Positions 11,470 through 26,400 of a stretch of 64,000 nucleotides of DNA are shown piece after piece. Below the pieces are notes generated by a model that saw only the letters and a program-made list of their open reading frames with translations, did not search any database and was not told the origin of the DNA. How positions within the stretch are numbered: position 1 is the first letter of the stretch; the number at the start of each line of letters is the position of its first letter. The DNA lies in assembly GCA_024679065.1 (NCBI GenBank), contig JAGIQG010000009.1, positions 102,672,001 through 102,736,000 on the forward strand, written 5' to 3'. The position numbers were made by a program, and so were the translations under genes. The stretch comes from Sphyrna mokarran. Lineage: Eukaryota.

Positions 11470-14400
11470 GTAAGTGCTTTCAATGCTTTATCATTTTGGG
11501 AGTGACAAACATTTCAGGTTATGACTGTTCACTACTTTTCACTACACAATTAGAGAATAGGAACACAAACATTCCAGTCAACCCCTCAAGCCTGTTCTGT
11601 TATTCTATTAAATTCTGGTTGACCTGTCTCGCGCCTGAATTTATCTGTTTTTCTTAGTTAATCTCCTACATCTATTACCCAACAGAAAACAATCTGTTGA
11701 TCTCAGTACATGTAGGCCTCAACTTTACAGCGCTTAATGTGGCACTTATGATATTTATAAATTTGCACCCTGTTTCAGCTTCACAGCTGTGGCTCCCAGG
11801 TCCCAGGAATGACGAGCCTGTGGCTAACAATTGAGGGTTCTGAGTTTGTAACCCATGGAGTTTAGAAGGATGGAGAGGGGCGGGAGGGGTGGTGGGGGAG
11901 GGGTGTGTGGAGTGTGGAGGTGGGAGGATGGGGAAGGGGGTGGATTTCATTGAAACTGACAGAATGCTGAAAGACCTGGACAGAGTGGATGTGATGTTTC
12001 CATTAGCTGGAGAGAGTCAGATCCGAGGGCACAGCCTCAGAGTAAAGGGACAAGCCTTTAGAACCGAAATGAGGGGGGATTTCTTCAGCCAGAGGGTGGT
12101 GAATCCATGGAATTCATTTTCACAGAAGACTGTGAAGGCCAGGTTATTGAGTGTATATAAGACAGAGATAGATAGGTTCTTGACTGGTAAGGGATTCAAA
12201 GGTTATGGGGAAGGCGCAAGAGAGTATAGTTGAGAAAATTATTAGGAATGATTAAATGGTGGAGCAGACTTGATGGGCCACATAGCCTAATTCTGCCCTT
12301 ATATCTTATAGTCTCATTTTGTGGTCTTATGGTTCTAACCTTATGACTCTCTGCCTGTCTTTCTTGGGTATATCTGACCCCCGAATGATCCTGGAGGTGG
12401 AAAAACCCTCCTTTTGATTTTGTGGTCAAAATGTGGCCTGACAGTACAGAGACAGATAGGATGACAGGCAGAGGGAGCAATGGAGCTGAGAAAACAATGA
12501 TATCTGGGTTTTGTGCACCTAGTTTTAAAACACTGAGAGCACAGTCAATATACTATCATCACACTAGGCTCATCTCTTAGCATATCTGTACAGGGGAATC
12601 TCCAACAGTAAACTGCTGGCTGATAAATACCCTCAGACAAATAGCTCACCAGCACCTGGATTGCTAAGCAGATTCAAACTGCAAAAAAGCCTAAAGTTTT
12701 GCGTAGTAATGTGAGTTCAAAAAACAATCATTCATTTTTAACATTATACCTCTGGGAAAAATAGTTCTGATTCTGACAGATCAGGAAGCAATGTCTCCAT
12801 CCACGTTGGACTGGAAACCAACTAATGTAAAAGAAAATTTCCTGAACACATGTCAGAATAGGGTGCAGCAAGTTGGCACAGTGAATAGCACTGCTGCCTC
12901 GCAGCTTCAGGGACCCGGGTTCAATTCCCAGCTTGGGCCATTGTCTATGTGGAATTTGCACGTTCTCCCCGTGTCTGTGTGGGTTTCCTCTGGGTGCTCC
13001 AGTTTCCTCCCACAGTGCGAAATTCATGCTGGTTAGGTGCATTGGCCGTGCTAAATTCTCCCTCGGTGTATCTGAGCAGGCGCCGGAGTGTGATGACTAG
13101 GGATTTTCACATAAATTATTGCAGTGTTAATGTAAACCTACTTGCGACGCTAATAAATAAACTTCAAAGTTAAACTCTTCACCACTTTGCCTTTTACGCT
13201 GTTGTTATCTTAGTTTCCATTCAAGCCCCTGTTTTACACTAAATATTCTTTGCATTTCTGTAAATGTCTCCCTCTATCTCTGTGGTTGTATAATATACAT
13301 TCAGTGGTGTATTAGTACCTGTAATGTTTTTCAGTCTGACCTTAACCCTGGTGGGACACCCTCTCTCCTCCATTACTGCCAACTCTCCATCTTTTTCTCC
13401 TTTCTGGTCTTTGCTGTATCCCAGAGTATTTGCTACCTACTCTTGTCCCTTTTTGACCCAGGTCTGCATTGTCATCAGACAGATTCCCATTTGGCTAGCT
13501 ATGTCTGCACCAACCTATTTACACACTCTAGGCATTCACATAGCTGCAACTAAATATAGCATTCTATTTCCTCTTACTCTGACTCTGCTTTATTATTTCT
13601 TTCTTCAGTGTTATCTCTGTCTCTCCTAAATCTTTGAGCACCTCGGATTTCCTCTTTCATTTTAACTTTTAGTGCCCAATCCCTACTAAGTTATTTTACA
13701 CCCTTACCAATTCCTAATCAGCTGACAGCTCAGACTCCCATAGAAGGATTTATTGTGTTGATAACACAGCTAGGGAGGAGGTGAACAGTTATGATGATCA
13801 ACACTTTTATCTTTGATCTCTTTTGTCAATGGTTTTAATGTTTATTTATACAGGATAAGGTGTTGCTAAGGGATTATACGTTTGGCCATACAAAAATCTT
13901 GTTGGGCAACATTTTTAGAAGTGTTATGCCGAAGAACAATTTTTTTCAATTAAATTTATGATTGTTTCTGATTTGATTTATTATTGTCACACATATTAAT
14001 ATACAGTGAAAAGTATTGTTTCTTGCACGCTATGCAGACAAAGCATACTGTGCGTAGAGAAGGAAATGACAGAGCCCAGAAAGTAGTGTTACAATCATAG
14101 CTAGGGTGGAGAGAAAGATCAACTTAGTGTGAGGTAGGTCCATTCAAAAATCTAATGGCAGCAGGGAAGAAGTTGGTCTTGAGTCGCTTGGTCTGTGATC
14201 TCAGACTTTTGCATCTTTTTCCTCGACGGAAGAAGGTGGAAGACAGAATGTCCAAGGTTCATGGGGTCCTTGATTATGCTGGCTGCTTTGCTGAGGCAGC
14301 AGGAAGTGTGGACAGATTCAATAGATGGGAGGCTGGTTTGCCCGATGGATTGGACTACATTTTTCTCAAGATGGTGCCGGAGTGAGGCAACTTCTTGCAA

Positions 14401-17400
14401 TATGTGCACAGCACACCTTCTCTAACACTGGTAGGTTTTATTGGTAGAGTTTGGATTTGTACAGGGTTTTATCCAGTGGGGGAATGAGCTTAGGAAGGCT
14501 TTGAGTTGGGCATGAGGGGACCTTGGGTATGAGTAAGAAGCATGAGCTGGCATGGGCTGCACAAGAGGCATGGGGGCTGACTGTGCAACGTGAATTAGGA
14601 TGGAGAATATGAGGAGCCATGGAAGGTGGGAGGCTAGCTTGGAGAGTATGAGGGGCAAGGAGGAGCTGGCTGGGGAGACATGAGTTGGCATTTGAAGGTA
14701 TGAAGGATCTTGGGTGGGGGGAGGGGATGAAAGTGGGAAGGGGACGGGTAGTGAGGGGGTGTGATGGGTGATTTTAATTTGATGTGATTTATTGTTGCCT
14801 CCTGTATTAGTATACAGTGAAAAGTGTTGTTTCTTGTGCACTACACAGACAAAATATACCCTTCATAGAGTACATAAGGAAGAAGGAAAGCAGAGGCTTC
14901 AGAATGTAGTGTTACAGTCATAGCTAGGGTGAAAGTTAGAAGCTGAAAATATAAGCAATCTACTGGGCCAAACTCCCAGAGAACTGAAGAGAGCCTTCTA
15001 TCCACCCTGTCTCTGTGCTTCAGTGACCCCTGTCACCACTTCTATCTTGGGGCAATGGGCCCAACTCTTCCCATACTCATTCTCCTCCAGAGCAATGATC
15101 CCACAATTGGGAGGAGGCTCTCTAGCAGTAGCCATGCTGAGCTGTGAAATTTTCCAACTCATGCTGTCTGCCTTAAGAACAAAAATCTGTTTCGCAAGAG
15201 AGAGGGACAAATCAGTCATTAAAATTAGAGGAGGAATATTGAATTAAATGAACACAGTGAAGGAGGAAACTGATTAGCATCCTTGAGGAGTGGCAGTGGC
15301 AAAGTAGAATTGTCACTGGATTGGTTTTCCAGCTACTCACTGTAATGTTCGGGGGATCCAGGTTCAAATCCCAACATGACAGATGGTGAAATTTGAATTT
15401 AATAAAAATCTGGAATTAAAGATTTACTGATGACCAGTTAACCATTGTCAGTTGTTACTAATATCCTTTAGGGAAGGAAATCTATCATCCTTAACTGGTT
15501 TGGCCTACATGTGACTCCAGACCCACAGCAATGTGGTTGACTCTTAACCGCCCTCTGAAATGGCCAAGCAACTTTAAGGAGAGTTAGGGATGGGCAACAA
15601 ATGATGGTCCAGCCAGCGACAATCACTGAAATAAAAAAAACTGGATGAAATGTATCCCTGGCTGCTAAGGAAAGCAAGTGAGGCTCTGACAAATAATTTC
15701 TCAGTCCTCTCTAGCTACAGGTGTGATGATATAGAGATGCTGGTGTTGGACTGGGATAAACCCAGAAAGAAGTCTCACAACACCAGGTTAAAGTCCAACA
15801 AGTTTATTTGATAGTAAATCCGCTAGTTTTTGTCTGATGAGTGGAGAGTTCTAGTCACAAACAGAGCATTTAAAACTTTATACACTCTGTTTGTGACCAG
15901 AACTCTCCACTCATCTGATGAAGGGGTAAACCCCGAAGGCTAGTGGGTTTACTATCAAATAAACTTGTTGGACTTTAACCTGGTGTTGTGAGACTTCTTG
16001 CAGATGTTATGCCAGAGGAATGCTAACTTTGTATTGTTAAGTGAGGAAGAAGGGATAGCCCCACTAATTACAGGCCAGTCAGCCTGATCTCAGAACTTTC
16101 TCGCTCCACAGATGCTGCCAGACCTTTATAGAACTGTTTTTATTTCAGATATACAGCATCCACAGTATTTTGTTTTTATTTTAGTCTGAAGTTGGTGGTT
16201 GAGCAAATCTTTGGGAAAGATTCTGAGAGAATTTCTAAGAAGCCATCTGTTTCTACTGGAAGAATTCTCCATCTTTGTGCATGACGAAAGCTTGGCTGAG
16301 AGCCAAGACTAATAAATATATTAGCACAGCAGGGGAGTCGGTTTTGATGACCAAAGTGAATTGTGAAGAATGCTTGATTTATTTTATGTGAGTTATGTGA
16401 GTCATAGAGATATACAGCACAGAAATAGACCTTTCGGCCAACCCATCCAGACCCAAAAGAGTTCCTAAACTGAACTAGTTCCATTTGCCTGCATTTGGCC
16501 TATATCCCTCTAAACCTTTCCTATCCATGTAGCTGTCTAAATGTCTTTTAAATGTTGCAATTGTACTACCTCCTCTGGCAACTCATTCCATGTACTACCC
16601 TCTGTGTGAAAACGTTGCCCCTCATTTTCCTTTTAAATCTTTCTCCTCTCAACTTAAATCTCTGCCCTCAAAATTTGCACCCCCCTATCCTGCGGAAAAA
16701 CCTTGACTGTTCACCTTATCTTGGCCCCTTAAGATTTTATAAAACTCCATAAGGTCACCCCTCATCCTCCTACGCTCCAGTAAAAAAAGAAGTCTCAGCC
16801 TATCCAGCCTCTACTGAAAGTCCAAACCTTCCAGTCCTGGTAGCATCTTTGTCAATCTTTTTTGCACTCTTTTGAGTTTAACATCATCCTTCCTATAGCA
16901 GGGCAATCAGAATTGTAACTCCAGGTGTGGCCTTACCAAAGTCTTGTATAGTTGTAACATAATGTCCCAGCTTCTGTACTCAGTCCTCTGACTGAAGAAT
17001 GCAAGTGTGCCAAATGCCTTCTTTATCACCCTGTCTACATGTGGCACCAGTTTTAAAGAACCATATACCTGCATCCCCACGTCTCTCTGTTCGACAACAT
17101 TCCTCAGGCCCTTACCGTTAACTGTGTAAGTTCTGCCCTGGCTTGTCTTAGCAAAATGCAAACTTGTTCTTTCTGAGATCTTTTGTCAATGTCACAATGT
17201 TATTTGGACCAAAAAGCTGGAACTCCCTCCCAATGGGTCTTGGAGACCCATTGCTGTGGGTGTACCTACACTAGCAGGACTGCAGCGAATCAAAAATAAA
17301 GCTCATCAAGACCTTCTCAAGGGAAAGTAGTGATAGCAATAAATGCTAGCCTAGCCAATGATCCCATGAAGGAACTAAAGGATGATGGAGGCAGAAAGTG

Positions 17401-20400
17401 TGTTCACAGTTTTAAAGTAATTAGATATGCACACATGTGCCATGAGACTAACAGTTGGAAGGTGATATTAGAATGGATAGTCCTCTGGCCAGCATGGAGA
17501 AGATGGTTGAATGGCTTTATTCTGTACACTATATTTATGTTTCTGTGGCAGAGAGGTGGAGCAGCAGAAGAATTAATGGAGGGAATTTTTTGCGTAACTG
17601 GCTGAAGGCACTAATGGTGGAGTGTAAGAGGTTGGAGAGGAGATGTTAGTTGTGGGGGCGGGGGGGACAGAACTGGGTGTCAGGAAAGGTTTGAAGGACA
17701 GAGGGAGTTTACAGAAATGGAGAGAGTCAAAAAAAATCATAAAAATCATTGAATCCCTGCAGTGCCATTTGGCCCATCAAGCCCCCCAGTCGAGCATCTT
17801 ATCCAGTCCCAACTCCCTATCCCTGTAACCCACACATTTGCCCCACTAATTCCCCCTAATCCACAAATCTTGGGACACTTAAAGGCAATTTAACATGGTC
17901 AACCTAATTAAGTAGTTGATGCGAAAACATTGAATGTATTCAAGAACAGGGAGATATAACACTTTGGGTGAATGAGACCAAAGGTTGGATTGAGTTGGAT
18001 GATCAGGCATGATTGTAGTGAATGGCGCAAAGGGCCAAATAGTCTCCTTCCACTCCTATCTTCTATATTTCTATGTTTCTCACCTGCACATCTTTGGACT
18101 GTGGGAGCACCAGGACAAAACCACACAGATATGGGGAAAATGTGCAAACTCCACACAGTGACCGAAGCCAGGAATCGAACCATTTAAACATTAGGCTGAG
18201 AGTTTTAAGCTCAAGATAATGAGGGTCAAGAGCAAATGCAAGTTGGTGAGGACAGGGTTGACATGTGACTAAGAGATGGTACAGAATAGAAAGTAAACTG
18301 CAAAGTTTCAGATGAGATGAAGGATGGGGTCTTCAGAAGCGGCAAACTGAGCATTAGAATAGCGGAGTCTGGGTATGAGAAAGATGATGGATGAGAATTC
18401 CAGCAGTAGTTAAGGGGAGACAATAGTGGTATTATCACTTGACTATTAATTCTGGGGACCAGGGTTCAAATCCTGCAGCAGCAAATGGTGAAATTTGAAT
18501 TGAATTAAAAAAAAATCTGGAATTAAGAATCTACTGATGATCATGAAGCATTTTCGATTATCAGAAAAACCCACCTAGTTCGCTAATCCCCGTCAGAGAG
18601 GAAATCTGCTCTCCTTACCTGGTCTGACCTACGTGTGATTCCAGAGTCTGAGGCTGAATCGGATCTGTCCTTAGGCAACTAGGGATGGGCAATAAATCTG
18701 ACTAACCAGTGGCACCCATGTCCGACCAATGAATAAAAAAAGCCAGGGTGATGTAGGAGCAGGGTCGGATAATCTTGGAGTTGGACAGCCCTTGTGATCA
18801 TATGAAGGCTTTTTAAGTTCACCTCAGCGTTGATGTGATAATGACGTATGTACCTGTGAAGGACATAGTTCTTATTAGTTGATTATATCAACGTAACGGG
18901 CAGGCTTTTACACACCTCCTGTCATGTTTCGCAGAGGCAGCCCACCATTAGCTTCCAGTCCCACCTTCCAGTCCCACCAGGGTTTCCAGTTCTACGCATC
19001 CCTCCCACCGCTGGGAAATCTGCAACAGGGGTTCGTCGTTCGGTGGGACTGGAAGACCCCACTGGTGAGGACGTTTGGAAAATTCAGTGAGCGGCAATGA
19101 CATTCTCGTGTTCAGACCTGTTAATCTGACCATTTTCCCTCTCCCCACAGAGCCACTGTCAGAGCCTTTCATCAATGTTACCTACGTGTATACCACCATC
19201 AACCTGACCTGTCTGGTATCTGCGGGGAAAGTGAGTTCCACTCAATGGCAGAAGAATAAGAAAATGATCACGAATACTGAACGCTATCGGTTGGTGCAAA
19301 ACAACAGCATGTTGATTATTTCACATGTTACATTATCAGACTGCGGAATCTACACTTGCACCATGGAGAATCCTGTTAGCCAGAAGAACGTTTCCTATCC
19401 TCTTGCAATTTACAGTGAGTCTTGTCTGTCAATCTATTCCATTTATTAGTCAAAAAGGATACAGTACCTAATATTCCTTACACCCTGCCTCACTAAAGAT
19501 GTTAATATTGGAAGAACTTTGTACATTTTCATGATAGCTAAAGGGGGGGAATAAAGATGGAAAATCACAAGTTTGTTTACCCGTATATTTCTAACCATTT
19601 ACCGGGAATGCCAAAGCGGAAAAACCATGTGTGAAAGTTTGCTGTACTGCCGGCCATGGGAATTGCAGTGGGGGGGGTATGGGGGTACGGGGGGTGGGGG
19701 GTGGGGTATCCATGCAGAGATCCGTTGGCTTCGGGTGAGATTTTCCAGTTTTGGGGTGAGCACGGCCAGAAAATCCCACCCCGTATTTCAATTTCACATT
19801 CCAGTGCAGACGGGTCACGCAATCGAGGAACTTGAACATTGGTGCGATATGATACATTCACCTCATCGTGGAGTTGAAGGAAAGCACAGTGGCACGGTGG
19901 TTAGCACTGCTGCCTCACCCTCTAGGGACCGAGTTAAATTTCGGCCTTGGGTGACTGTCTGTGCGGAGTTTTCCCCGGGTCTGCATGGGTTTCCTGCTCC
20001 TCTCATCCTCCAAAGATGTGTGAGTTAGGTAGGTCGGCCATGCTAAATTGCTCCGTAGTATTTGAGGGAATTAGCAGAGGAAATACGGGGATAGAGACTA
20101 TGCGATTGTTGTTGGTGTAGGATCGGTGGACTGAATGGCCTCAGTCTGCACTGTTGGATTCTATGATACGTTGTCGGCAATGAGAGTACTTTCGGCTGTG
20201 TTTAAGTAGATGGAAAGTCACCTTGAAGAGCTGGGGATGGACCCTGAAAGTTGCATTGGAGTCTATGGGGAGATGTTGTATCTCCAAAACTCAAGACCCT
20301 TGATAACTAAAGTGATAAGGAAGAGGAAACCTCAGCTTATAAACCCCTTTCAAAATAGCATAAGTTTAAACTACGTTCTTTATTTCAGGTTTGCATTTTT

Positions 20401-23400
20401 ATGCATCACCATTATCTATCACTGCACTGATAACTGTTGCTGTTGCCTTAATCTTGAAGATCATTTCCTTCTTGAAGGCCAGCTCAAGTAAGACAGATTT
20501 GCTTTTTGCAGAATTTGATGTTGAAACTTTAAAAATGTTACAATTTATTGATGGAGACTCTGTGAAAAATGTAAATATGATGCCTGTGTCATGTCACGTG
20601 CTCCTTTATATCATAGGATCCCTTCAGAAGGAGGTCATTCAGCCCATCAAGCTAGCAGTGACAACAAGCCCACCCAAGCCCTATCTCCGTAACCCCACAC
20701 ATTAACCCTGGGTAATTCATTTCATAGAATCTCAGAATTCTTCCAGTGCAGAAGGCTCCCATTGAGCCTGCACTGACAAACCCTGCTAAGGCACTATTCC
20801 CATAACACAACTTTTTTTTTAGAAAAAAATGGCCTCCTCCTACAGTGCAGGAGGAGGCCATTGGGCCCATTGAGTCTGCACCAACCACAATTCCAGCCTA
20901 ACTGTGTTGCCCACCATAACCCCATGTATTTACCCTGCTAATCCCCCTGACACAATGGGGCAATTTTAGCATGGCCAATTAACCTAACCCGCACATCTTT
21001 TGTAGTGTGGGAGGAAACCAGAGCACCCAGAGGAAACCCACACAGATACAGGGAGAAGTGCAGATTTCACACAGGCACTCACCCAAGGCTGGAATTGAAC
21101 TCAGTCCCTGGAACTGTGAGGCAGCAGTCCTAACCACTGTACCAGCTGAATATATAAATATTCTTGATTCAAATGATGTTAATACAAATTTTCTTATTAT
21201 TCCAGGCTGCAAGTTATTAGAAAATCTACTACAAATTGTGCAGTGTTTGTCTCTCATTGCCATCTCTGGATATTGGATATGGATAGGAGGTACTGGATGC
21301 TCTCCTGTTTCCTTATTTGCGGTTACTAATTATACTTCTACAACACACTAACTGCGTTCCAACGCAGTAAATACCAGTTTAATATGTTACAGACTGAGAA
21401 CTTGGATGAGCTCCAATCTTACCTTGCCAAACGATGAATTTAACCTCAATCAGTTGATTTGTGGACTGGAATCAAATTTTTTTTTGCAAAAGGTCCATTA
21501 AGTTTGGAAATTCTTTCAGAATTCCTTATGGTTCTAAAGAAATTGGAATCAACCGAATAATTTCCACTCATTCTCAATCTTGTGACCCCAGCAATTCCTG
21601 CAGAAATCTATCTATTTTTGACAATCTTCCCACATAAACACTCGTTGGCCCATTCTCCAAGCTTTGTAAAACTATCTCTGATGTTCATCAGCAAAGGGCA
21701 TAGAAACTAGCAGCACAATTAGCCATTCAGCCCTTCAATCCTACTCCACCATTAATTTTGATCATCAACTTAAATATCCGGCTCTCTCCGCCCCCCCCAT
21801 ATCCCTTGGCCTCTTTAGGCCCAAGAGCTATTTCTAAATTCTTCTTGCAATCACAAATGTTTTGGCCTCAACTACATTTTGTGTGGTAGTGAATTCCACT
21901 TATTCACCACGCTCTGGGTGAAGAAATTTCTCCTCACCTCAGTCCTAAAAGGTTTATCCGTTATCCTCAAACTATGATCCCCTACATCTGGATTCCCCCA
22001 CCATCAGGAACATTCTCTCTGAAATCTATCCTGTCTAGCCCTGTTAGAGCTTTATTGGTTTGTATGAGATCCCCTTTCATAGAAATTTATAAATTCCTAA
22101 CAGGATTAGACAGGGAGAATTCGGAAAGAATGATCCTATCTACTCCTACCAGCTCTGCCAGTCTGGCCATGCATGTTTCTGCTAGACCCATTTTAAATAT
22201 TTTCCGCAATTTTAATCCTTCTGCACTCATATTCAAATTGAGCCTTGAGGAATTGAACACTTCTTAAATGTGGAGAGTTCACACGTAACCCCATGTAATT
22301 GTGGCTTCATGACCTGTAGGGTTACAACCTCACTCCATATTAATGTACAGAATTCGATTGTTCATCAGTTATGTTGATCTGTCTCCATCTCACTGCGATC
22401 TGCTCTGGTCCTCACTGCTGGCCCCAAGCTTAGGAATTCTTGCAAGTGTTCCCCTAATTCCATTTCTGTGGCAGAGTAACCTGATTCCCACAGAGAATTG
22501 ACACAAACATCAATGTTCGAAGATGTTTTGCATTTACAAAGGCTCAAGAGAGAGGGGATGGGAGCATTGATCATGGAATCATATGGAATCCCTACAGTGC
22601 AGAAAGAGGCCATTCAATCCATCAAGCCTGCACCGATAAACAACCCTGTCCCCTTAACTCCACATATTTATCATGGATGGCATGATAGCACAATAGGGAG
22701 GCACAGTGGCATAGTAGTTATCACTGCTGCCTTACAGCACCAGGACCTGGGTTCAACTCCCATCTTGGGCTGTTGTCTGTGCAGAGTCTGCATATTCTCC
22801 CTGTGTCTGCATATCCTCCCCATGTTTGCATGGGTTTTCTCCGGGTACTCTGGTTTCCTTCCGCAGTCTGAAAGCCATGCTAGTTAGGTGCATTGGCCAT
22901 GCTAAATTCTCCCTCAGTGTACTGAGACAGGTGCTGGAGTGTGGTGACAAGAGGATTTTCACAGTAACTTAATTGCAGTATTAACGAAGCCTATTTGTGA
23001 CACTAATAGGTAAACTTTTTAAAAAACTTAAAAGTTTAATCCAACTTAGCATATCCAATCCTCCTAACCTGCACATCTTTGGACTGTAGGAGGAAAGCGA
23101 AGCATCTTGAGGAAACACACATGCAGACATGGGGAGAAAATACAAACTCCATACAGACACGCACCCAAGCCAGGAATTGAACCTGAGTCCCAGGAACTGT
23201 GATGCCCCAATGCTGGTTGTGACTGGATCAGCAATCCTGTGGGCTGGGATAATTTTCTGGTGATATAAATTCAAACTTCAGCTGGCATATTTAAATTTAG
23301 AAACTCGACAAATGAGGAGTAAGAAGTCAGACTTTGAAATGATGAACACGAGCTGATAGATAGTGTTGTAAAAACCCATCCAATTTATTTGGAAAGGAAA

Positions 23401-26400
23401 CCTTCCAGCCTTACCCAGTCTGGCTTACATATATCTCACAGACTAACAGAGAAAGGTGATTGACTCTTAATTGCTGTGAGAAATGGCTTAGCAAGCTACT
23501 TATTTCACCTGTTGATAATGGTGAAGCCATGGTTCACTATCACTTTCTCAATGGTAATTAGAATGGTAAGGCAAGCACTTATTGCCCAATGAAGCCTCCA
23601 TCTCCTGAATGAATGAATAAAAAATATTAATCCTTTACCATAATTGGCTTTGTCGTGTTAGTGTCCCCACATTGGTGTTTAGTTGAAATTGGGTGATATA
23701 AGATTGCGTTTTTAATCTTGCCTAAAAACCAGGTCTGAAATGCACCCATTTTCTTGCTCTTTCGGCACTTAGAATTTATTTCTTAAGATTGTGTCCCCTC
23801 TCTTTAATCATTGAATTCAGAAAGCTGAATTCGTACAATCCCATCCGAGACCAAAGGAGAATTCCATTCTCAGAGCTGCCAGTAAACTTCTGGCCAATAT
23901 GTTAAAAATTACTATTTGACATAGAGCAATTTTTATTTCACTCAGCTTTTCTCATCATTATAATCTTAAACTCTGATATAATTCTTGTGAAATACCTTTG
24001 CAACTTCACGTGCACCTTTATCATTTTTATAACTGGAGAAGTGAACAGTATTTGTTAAGTGTGGCATAATCAATGTTTGATAAGTTTCCCATAACATCTT
24101 GGTTGTTCAATTTTAACCCTCTGTAAATGGATCTCAGTTCAATTTTATTAACCTGCATCACTAGTTTTGATGATTTTTGTATACACGAAAATGTATAGTT
24201 TCTCCTGTATCCATTTATTTTCCAAACTTCCTTTCCATTCTGCGACTTGTTCCCTGATTTCAAATTATTTGAGTGTTGTTAAAGGCCGTATGAAAATCCA
24301 AATATTTCATCTCCTACCAACCCTAAGCAATACATGAAAGTCACTACCTCCCATTCTTTTCATGCCTCACATTCTTGAGAGGCGCGGTGGTAATGAATTT
24401 GCAAATGGCAGATATTCTCTCATCTACAAAATTATGTAATTTTATTTATCTTTTGCTTTTTTAATAGGACCTGACAAAAAAATGGTGTTCGTATTGGTGT
24501 TCTTCTGTCTCTTGGCAATACCATCCGTATTTTTGACTTGTAACAGATTAATCATGACTCTGAATGCCACTTGTAAGTTTCAAGATGTTTTTATATCCAG
24601 TATGCAAAAAGCTGATGGTCAATGGTGAGGGGAGGATTGGTGAGATTTGGATCCTATGTGTTAGTCCTCTTGGGTATCAACAATCTAAAGGCACTCAGTC
24701 GACTCCTAACACAAACAACGCTGAACATCATGCATCCAATGCAAGGTCTTTAATTATACAAGGAGAACTCTCCACCAACACTAGATAGCGGAGCAGTTCT
24801 TAGGTTATAGAGAAATAGCTCAGCAGTTACAAATCAGTAACGAGAGAATTTTCACATCTTTCATTTGAAATACATATCCCCCACTGATATCATAGGCCTT
24901 TTGCGCTTTCTTATCCAATAGAAAACTAACCCTTTATTAGCATAATATGTCCCCATTTCTTGCTATTTGGAAATCACCATGATAACTTGTTTCTTTTTCA
25001 TCCTACTATCATGCAGTGTTTATGGAAGAAGGTTTTAGACACACTCACTTATCCTGTTTACATCAGCGTTGGTCTTATTGAAGGCATAACTAAAGGCTGT
25101 GTTTGGCTAATAATCATTTTCCGTTACTGAACAGAGTATTTTTTTGACAATTACGGAACTTTAATTTTCACAGTTGCTGTAACCTAACTTCCACATATGT
25201 TGGCACAAATTTTTGTGCTCTCTAATTGCATGTCATTCCTTCCCAGCTCGCTTTCTGATGTTAATGGACACAGTAGCTGCAACAGGTGAATTCAGTGTGT
25301 TTTGTACATCAGTGTTCCTGTTTGTGAAACCAAAGCTTCAAGCTGGTGAGTGGTCAGTGATAAAATAGGAGCCAGCAAACTAATTCTGAATGTTACATCG
25401 GATCAGGAATTGTCTGATTAGGATTGTGTCATTTTTGCTACATTGTACATTGGAAACTTTTAAACAATTGATGATTCTAGTGCATTTGACCCATTGTGTC
25501 TGTGCTACTTCAGTTTAATCACTCTACTCTGCTGTCTCCTCACACCCTGACTGAGCATTCTGCCTCAAATACTTGTCCAAATTTCCTTCAATATATACAA
25601 TGGTTCCCAGTTCAACAGCTCCCTGTGGGAAAACATTCTATCCTCATGGAATTAATGAATCCCTACAGTACAGAAGGAGGCCATTTGGCCTCTCAAGTCC
25701 AGACTGACAACAATCCCATCCAAGCCCTATTCCTGTAACCTGATAATATTTACCCTGCTACTCCCCCTTACACTGGGGTCAATTTAGCATGGCCACTCAA
25801 TCTAACCCGAACATCTTTGATCTGTGGGAGGAAACGGTGACACAATGGTTAGCACTGCTGCCTCATAGTTCCAGGGATTTGTGTTCGATTCCCGGCTTGG
25901 GGGGTCACTGTCTGTGTGGAGTTTGCACATTCTACCTGCGTCTGCGTTTGAATTTCCATGGGGTGCTCCCACAGTCTGAAAGGAGTGCAGGTTAGATTGA
26001 TTGGCCATGTTAAATTGCCCATTGGTGTCCTGGGATGTGTGGGTTAGATGGATTAGCGGGGTAAATATGCAGGGTTTCAGAGATAAGGTCTGGGTGTGAT
26101 TGTCGTTGGTGCAGGGTCAATGGGCCGAATGGCTGCCTTCTGCACTGTAGTGTTTCTATGATTCTAAACCAGAAGAATGGCACCCAGAGTAAACACATGC
26201 ATTCGTAGACGCGGGGAGACAAACACAGATAGTGACCCAAGGCCAGAACAGAACCCAGGTCCCTGGTGTTGTAAGTCAGCAATGCTAACCACTGTGTCAC
26301 TGTGCCACCACAACCACTTGTGGAAATAAATTTCTCCTAAACTGCCTTTTTAATTCGAGTGGCAAAAATGAATATTTTGAATTACGTTGAGAATACAGTA

